DNA of 54,987 nucleotides, the filler included, from Squatina squatina (lineage: Eukaryota): the NCBI GenBank assembly GCA_031763465.1. It is 4 parts of 3 records of this genome, joined end to end, with 100 filler letters (N's around TTAATTAATTAA, not from the genome) between each part and the next. Parts side by side here need not be neighbours in the genome. Positions count along the whole stretch, not along the records: positions 42,594 to 54,987 come from JARFOE010000013.1; 3 more parts are not named here. The stretch is one strand, 5' to 3'. A program made the translations under genes and the position numbers. Below, piece by piece: positions 48,148 to 54,987 of this stretch (its first letter is position 1; the number at the start of each line of letters is the position of its first letter). The notes beneath the pieces are model-generated. The model was not told where the DNA came from. It saw nothing but the letters and a program-made list of their open reading frames with translations, and ran no database searches.

Positions 48148-49479
48148 NNNNNNNNNNNNNNNNNNNNNNNNNNNNNNNNNNNNNNNNNNNNNNNNNNNNN
48201 NNNNNNNNNNNNNNNNNNNNNNNNNNNNNNNNNNNNNNNNNNNNNNNCCACAGCACGTTGAAAACTGTCTCAGTTACTGCTACAGTTTACTTTTCAGCCA
48301 TCAAGATATCTTGATAATGATCATGATCCTTGTTGAATTTTTAGTACCATTTGCTTACTCAATTGCTAGAGCATCAACTGCAGCATGAATCAATTTCTTT
48401 CGGACAGCAGTGCTGTCTTCAGCAACAACTGCAGTGCTGTGTGTTACCCTCTGGCTTTTTGCTGGCTTGAGGATTTCTTAAGTGGCATAAGTAGGCAATT
48501 TCAACAGGAAGGAAAAAAGAATGTTGATGAATGCGCTATTTCCTACACCGAGTCCAGGCTGTTGTTCAGAAAAAGTCACATGGGTGCTAACACTCAATTT
48601 CCCGGAGCAGAGATGAATACAGCTTGTGTCTGCTCAGTTCTCAATCTGAAGATAGCTACTGAGTGGAAGCTGAAGGATCTCCCAATAGGGGAGAGAGTTA
48701 TGTATGGGTGATCTCTTGGAGACTAGTTGCAGGAGGCGAGGACTATGACTTATGAACAGGTTGTATGCATGCCCCTCAGCCACCAGTTTTAAAAAGTCAC
48801 ATTACTGCCCATATTTACAAATCAGCTTAACGCCCAACCTATTGTGATATGGGAATGAGGAAGGGAGTTGGACTTGAAATGACCTTGGATTTAGCTGTTT
48901 GTCAAACAATGTGGTGATGAGTGAGATGTGTTCTTAGCAGTGAATGGACATGGTTTGGTAGGAGAAACAGTTTAATTAAAAATGGAATTTGATTTTAAAG
49001 ATCCATCCTGACAAAGTTAGTGGCACAATTGCTAAAATGAGCATAAACTATACTGAATAATCAAAACATTTTCATTTTTTAAATGGAACACTGACTGTTC
49101 CTGGCCTGCTTATGGAGCTGAGCCAATGCAGAGAACTGCAGCTGCACTTTACTCAGCTCCCTGTTGCCTGACCCCATTTTCCTTTGGGATGTGTGTACAA
49201 AAGCAGATACAAAAGTATTTCTGTCTCTGTATGTGACTGGCTTTGAGTAGAGGCTAGAGATATCAGCTATTTAAGTGACTACTATACAGATTTTTAATCT
49301 TAAACTTAAAAAAAAACTTAATCCACACTAAATAGCGTATTATGCGAGGTTTTAAGATTGTTTATCAGAAACCGAAGGTNNNNNNNNNNNNNNNNNNNNN
49401 NNNNNNNNNNNNNNNNNNNNNNNNNNNNNNNNNNNNNNNNNNNNNNNNNNNNNNNNNNNNNNNNNNNNNNNNNNNNNNN

Positions 49480-49577
49480 CGCTGCTATTACATCCTTAAT
49501 AACAGACTCGAGCATCTTCCCCACTACCGATGTCAGGCTAACTGGTCTATAATTCCCTGTTTTCTCCCTCCCTCCTT
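49480..49577 (-). mobile_element. CR1 RT fragment
   Basis: KGGREKTGNYRPVSLTSVVGKMLESVIKDVIAA. Confidence 0.9.
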
Positions 49578-49888
49578 TTTCGGCAGGGAATGGAAAAGGA
49601 AAGATTTGTAGTTCACTGAGGGTATGCACATAGGTGTTTATGAAAATGTGTTATTAAGTTTCACTTCTTTATTTATTCATACAAAATTTATTAATTTGCA
49701 CCCCTTTCAGTATTCACCATTCTTGCCTGCTGAGGGCCAGGTTTTCAGTTGCTTGTTGATGAATGTGAAGACATGAATTGACGGGGTCCAATAGGTGTAC
49801 ATGAAACGGGTGTATGGTTGGTTACAGGACTTCTTTGTGTCAGATGCGGTAGGGGGTTGTGATAGTTACTTTGGCCCAGTGTGAGTGA

Positions 49889-50020
49889 CTAACTGAACCT
49901 TCGAGCTATTAGGGCATCCCTGGCATCTCGAGCAACAATGTGAGGGCCTCATCTTCCTCTTCCTCTCCATTGAAAACCTCATCAGAAGAAGACTGTTGAG
50001 TGGCTTGTTCCTCTTCCAGC
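49889..50020 (-). mobile_element. Harbinger transposase C-terminus remnant
   Basis: Acidic tract SSSDEVFNGEEEEDE, then ARDARDALIARRFS*, a typical Harbinger transposase end. Confidence 0.65.
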
Positions 50021-50195
50021 TCAGCCTTTAAGACCCTCCTTAAAACCCACCCCTCTGACCAAGCTTTTAGTTACCCCTCCTAATATCTCATTCTTTGGTT
50101 TGGCGTTCATTTGCTTCTTATGCTTCTGTGAAGCACATTGAGATGTTTTATCAAATTTAGTGGTGCTATATAAATGCAGGTTGCTGTTGTTGTTG
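50021..50195 (+). mobile_element. L2 LINE 3' end
   Basis: CCTTTAAGACCCTCCTTAAAACC...GGTGCTATATAAATGCA followed by (GTT)n. Confidence 0.8.
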
Positions 50196-50650
50196 TAACT
50201 GCATGTTGTTGTTGTAAAGAGAAACAATCACCCGACTGCTCCATTACTCCAGATCTCCGCACTTCAAGCACTTTAACCAACTGGCCTTGGAGATGGAATA
50301 CATTTAACAAAAATACGATGCATTGCAACACAACAGTAGTTATATTATTAAACCAGGTCCCAAAGCACAGGAGGAAATCATTCAGTAGCATGCTGAATTA
50401 TCAGTATGTATAGTCAACACAGAGACTTCTGATTTTAACTCTTTTCCCCAATTCATCAAAGAACAGATATTCATTCTCTTTAAATAATGGTTAACTTGAA
50501 TCTACAACAGCCTCTCTCTCACTTTACTAAAATGCCAATGTGCACCAGCTAAGTTACTATCATGGAACATAGATTTATGCGCAAAAAGAGAACAAAAATT
50601 TGTTGAACCATTTCCTTGCAGAGTAAGTAATATTATTGTTGTATTATTAC

Positions 50651-50752
50651 CTGTTGCATTTGGAGGGCATTTGTTATAAACAAGTTCCCCAGCTGCAGTC
50701 CTCTTCCAGATCATTGCCATGATGTAATCATCCCTACACATCTCATGCGGAG
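50651..50752 (-). CDS. ADGRB2: Adhesion GPCR B2 (BAI2) exon, hormone-binding (HRM) domain
   Basis: CCCCTTCTGTAG| 102 nt, phase 1-1 |GTAATA; (A)[33 protein letters not shown](G), closer to recalled BAI2 [35 protein letters not shown] than to BAI3. Family is secure, paralogue less so. Confidence 0.85.
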
Positions 50753-51224
50753 CTACAGAAGGGGCAAAATGAGTTACATTTAATTAAAATTATTGAAAGG
50801 GCAAGTTATTGCAGAGAACATTAAGGTTGAACCTCACCTGTTTAATTTCATTTTTTTAAGTCAGAAACATGCATTGACTTTAAGTTTTTTTGCTATACTT
50901 TGATAGTCTAAATTTCACAATTGAAGGGGTGAAAATTCTGAGCTTTGCTTAATCCTGATCATTTCTTAAATTAAATAATTGGCTGTATGATGACAGCAGT
51001 GATGTTTCACACAGTGCTGTGACAAATGGGAGGAAAGCCCATTGTGTGTCTCCAAACTGCTTAAAAATATTACTGTTGTTGATATTCGTAGGAAAGCACT
51101 TGACACATTTGTGTGACATTGCTTCACTGGCTATTTTAACTGATGCATGAACCTTTTTTTATTTTACCCGAGTTAACGCCACCATTGAAATAATGGATAG
51201 AGGAAAGTCTTGTGAACACGTTAA

Positions 51225-51718
51225 GGGACCGGAGTTCATCTCCTGTTACACCCCATTAATGCCTCCGAGGGGTGCTAATGGTGTGAAACAGGAAAAAATG
51301 GCGCCGGGTAGTGGCTATCTCGCGTTCCCCGAAATTCAGCTGGGGCGCACAGGCCTTTACGCCTGGCAAGCTGAATTTCGCGGCATGACGTCATACAGAC
51401 ACGTGCCAACCCGCACCGTGCAGCCGCAACCACCAGTGTAGCCCGTGCCAGGCTGGTTGCCCAGTCGCCAGCGTCCCTGGAGGCCCAGTGGCAGGCCGCC
51501 GTCGGGATGGCCAGCGGCCCTCCCCTTTAAGGGAGGCCTGGCAGTGCTCCTGACGTCGGCGCAGCTGATGTTGCTGGTGTGGCGCTGAGGCTACGCCAAC
51601 GACGTTCCAGGCCAGCCGCCCCAGAACTACAAATTCTGCGGCGGGTGGGGCAGAGCGTGAAAAATGCTGGTTCCCGCCCCGTGAGGGCCCCATAGGGGTG
51701 CGGATAAATTTCTAGCCC
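51225..51718. mobile_element. GC/CpG-rich PIF/Harbinger-type MITE
   Basis: Imperfect TIRs GGGACCGGAGTTCATC...GATAAATTTCTAGCCC; TAA left flank and TAC right flank; CCTTTAAG core shared with copies near 35930 and 52840. Confidence 0.7.
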
Positions 51719-52412
51719 TACATGTGTTTAACTAGACTGCAGAAAACATCACTGTGTAGGATTTCCCCAGAAACAAAGAGCGTAAAACAGTGTGTGTGTA
51801 TGCTTCCATTCACTTTTTACATTTAAAATACAGACATCCTGGCTCTGGGAAAGCAGTATTACTCTAAGAAGTAAGTAAAATAGTTTTACAATGTGAACAA
51901 AAAATTGTGGAGAAGCCAGTAATAGGTCAATAAAAATGACTGGGGTTTTATCTACTTGAAAATGCCAGCGATTTTTTTTTACCTCAGTAGCTCTTTTGTA
52001 ATGTTTTTAATTCATGGAAGTCAATAAAATCTCAGTAATTACATTTGGTGCCATATAAATGTGCTGCTGTTTATTCTGTCTGTTCATTGTGATGTCAGTG
52101 CACTATTGCATGTGTTTTTTGAAGCACTCCCCAGATGTTTGAATTTTTGTATGTGTGAATGTGCAGTTGTTTTTTTACCTCATTAGTTCTGGTGTTCAAA
52201 TGACTGTTTCTTCAACGTTATTTTGATACAATGTGATGAGGTGTATGTGGGTGTCTTACAAAGGTCTTAGAGAAGATTGGGACTCATAAAATTAATGCCA
52301 CATTAGTTCCCTGGATTGAAAATAGCTTGGCAATAGAAAGCAGAAGCTGATCATCAATAGATCAGGTGGTGGAGTTCAATGAATGTGCTTTTCTGTCTCC
52401 ACTGTTTGTAAA

Positions 52413-52632
52413 TAACAACACCTTGCACTCCTTTGGTGCATTTAATGTACTAAACTGTCCCAAGACATAAGGAAAATGGGCACCAAGCCAAACAAGGAAA
52501 TATTAGAAAGGGTGATCTTGGTGAAAGGAGTAGGTTTTAAGGAGGGTCTTAAAGGTTTGGAAGGAGGTGGATAGTTAGTGGGGGTTAGGGAGAGAATTCT
52601 AGAGTGTGGGGCCTAGGCAGCAGAAAGCGCAG
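52413..52632 (-). mobile_element. L2 LINE 3' end
   Basis: AACAACA tail and GGTTTTAAGGAGGGTCTTAAAGG, the reverse complement of the 50021 copy. Confidence 0.78.
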
Positions 52633-53723
52633 CACCATTGTAGGACTATAGGACATCTCAGAGACAGGGAGGAACGAGGATGAGAATTTTAAAGTTAAGT
52701 GGGGAGAAATTAGGCTACTTTGCGCCTCCCATTAGCGCCCCTGCAAATATGTTTATGACCGGGCGCTGCGCTGTTAACAACTCCCGCCATGTGGTCCAGG
52801 TAGGTGCCTTCTTCTTTAGCAGTGTAGGAAGTGTGGGCCTTTCCCTTTAAGTGAGGGAAGAGCTCNNNNNNNNNNNNNNNNNNNNNNNNNNNNNNNNNNN
52901 NNNNNNNNNNNNNNNNNNNNNNNNNNNNNNNNNNNNNNNNNNNNNNNNNNNNNNNNNNNNNNNNNACTTTAAAGTGGAAATATCTGTTATCCATTATATG
53001 ACATAAAATTTCCCTCTCATTAACTGTAAAATGTTTCTTGATAAACCTGCAGTAATGACGTCATAAACATGCTTAATAGGTCTTTGTAAATGTCAACTGT
53101 CATATTGCACTACTGTCAGATGGCAATTTTTCTCACAGGTCTGCCAAAGAGTAAAAGAATTGTGATTTTAATTACTTAATTTTTTAAAAAAATAAATCGG
53201 TGAATTAAAGTTCAAACTAACGAAAATAAACATCTGGTGATGGATTCAGCTGGATAAAGCTGGATCTCTGTCCTTAGTTTGGATTGTATAAAATGCAGTA
53301 AAAGTGAGGATGGGTATTTATTCGCACCTGCTGCCTTCTGTGCTGATGTCTAAGAAAGGCCTGATGGGATAACATAATGCACCAGAACTCACCCCAAGTT
53401 CTCCTCCCATCTCCCCAACCTTCCCTTGGGGTCTGAGATGCAATGGGGTGCAAAGCATGCTTGAGAGCTGGCAGGAACAGAAAATTGTGTGGCAGCTGGA
53501 AATAGCTGGCTATCTGCCCAGAAGCCATGAGTAGTTTCTGCTGGGGCCTGGGGTAGGAGAAAGTTCTGCCCACACCAGACAAGGATTGTGACATAGCAAG
53601 GAGATGGGTCCAATGAGGCAGTTCCTGCCACTGGCTTTCTCATTTGAAGCCAGGGATCTGGACCCCAGAAAGAAATTGGCATGCAGGTATTTGCAGCAGT
53701 GGAAGTGTGGGTCTCCAGGCCAG

Positions 53724-53947
53724 AATAAGACCATAAGAAGTAGAGACAGGAGTAGGCCATTTGGCTCCTCGAGCCTGCTCTGCCATTCGATTGGATCATG
53801 GCTGATCCGACATTTCTCAAGTCCACCTTCCTGCCCTTCCCCCATAACCCTTGATTCCCTTACTGATTAGAAATCTATCTGTCTCAGCCTTAAATATACA
53901 CAAGGACTCAGCCCCCACAGCTCTCTGTGGCAAGGAGTTCCAAAGAC
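53724..53947 (-). mobile_element. HER1/CR1 3' end
   Basis: CATAAGAA tail, GGAGTAGGCCATTTGGCTCCTCGAGCCTGCT...GATCATGGCTGATC...GAGTTCCAAAGA. Confidence 0.85.
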
Positions 53948-54047
53948 NNNNNNNNNNNNNNNNNNNNNNNNNNNNNNNNNNNNNNNNNNNNNNNNNNNNN
54001 NNNNNNNNNNNNNNNNNNNNNNNNNNNNNNNNNNNNNNNNNNNNNNN

Positions 54048-54142
54048 AATGGGACTAATTGGATAGCTCTTTCAAAGAGCCGGCACAAGCTTGATTGGCC
54101 GAATGACCTCCTTCTGTGCTAAAAGATTCTATGATCCTATGA
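54048..54142 (+). mobile_element. CR1 3' end
   Basis: GGATAGCTCTTTCAAAGAGCCGGCAC...GGCCGAATGACCTCCTTCTGTGCT with an ATTCTATG-type tail. Confidence 0.75.
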
Positions 54143-54987
54143 CACCCATCCAAAAACACCTACAAACATCAATATTGGTAGTCTGCATTTCTGGGGCACT
54201 CAGTGTATCTGTCTGGTCTAGAGAGTTCCTCATCTCTCTGTACTGATGGACAGCATGGATGTAGAACACACCTTCTGCAAACCTTTATTCAAGTTTCTGT
54301 AGTCATGCTGTAATAATTAAACTTTGGCAGTAAACCAATGTTTGTCACTGTTGTGTCCACATGTGCTGTACACCAGTCATTCTTGTCACGACAGGAGCGG
54401 TAGAGAAGGAGAACAGCCCTGCAGGATGCAGGACAATACTGGGAAGGAAAAGGAGGGAATCCTGGACCTTGGGCTGAGGCCTGCCAGCAAGCTGCATGAC
54501 CCTGTGCCTTGACAAGTCACAAGAACAAAATTCTTGGAAGCTGAAGTGGTCACAAGTGAAAACAATAAAAGAGATCCTTTCATGTACAGAAATATAAACA
54601 CTGAACAAGCTCTTTCTGCATCTCATGTTCTTTGAGAAAGATGACTTGTCCTGTTTTGAATGTGAATACTCCATAAATCTTTTAAAAATAATCTGATTTA
54701 TGAGAATTGGACTGCATTATATATGACTTTATTTTTGTCCTGCAGAGAGTAAAATGCTTACATGAAGCACCTTGCTCAATAGTTCATAAAAATGCCATGA
54801 TTTTACAAGTTAAATTTCCTGATCAGCATCTTCTTCAGATGTAGTTAATTTTTGAAAAACATCTGGTTGCTTTACTGGGCAATATGACAAGCCCTATTGC
54901 AAAACACAAAAGAACTGAAAATACACAGCAGCTCAACATCAAGTTAGCACTTTGGGTGGGACGCTTCACTAGAAGGGCAGCGAAGGA

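Noticed and set aside
51225-51718. CpG-island promoter
   Set aside because: Bounded by inverted termini and similar to other GC-rich copies, so better explained as a MITE.

Overview
This is vertebrate nuclear DNA, very probably from a cartilaginous fish (shark or ray), judged from recalled similarity to HER1/CR1 LINE tails and a Deu-domain SINE. It is not one contiguous locus. Three 100-nt spacers (N44-TTAATTAATTAA-N44) split it into four scaffolds (1-13935, 14036-27372, 27473-42493, 42594-54987), each a gappy assembly. Most sequence is intronic or intergenic and rich in repeats: CR1, L2 and Penelope-like fragments, tRNA-derived SINEs, PIF/Harbinger and hAT remnants and MITEs, one LTR-like element and several minisatellites, including a ~2.5 kb 30-bp array. 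Five spliceosomal exons are recognisable: the last two of DPYD, one of SPG11, one of ADGRB2 (BAI2) and one of a WDR95/WDR49/WDR64-type gene. There is also a candidate bidirectional CpG promoter. Almost all ORF-track entries are spurious. I found no convincing novel biological system. The best leads are the implausible WDR/DPYD/SPG11 exon mosaic (probably mis-scaffolding), a candidate U12 intron and an in-frame duplication in SPG11, and the higher-order 30-bp array. Gene and repeat names come from remembered sequences, not database searches.
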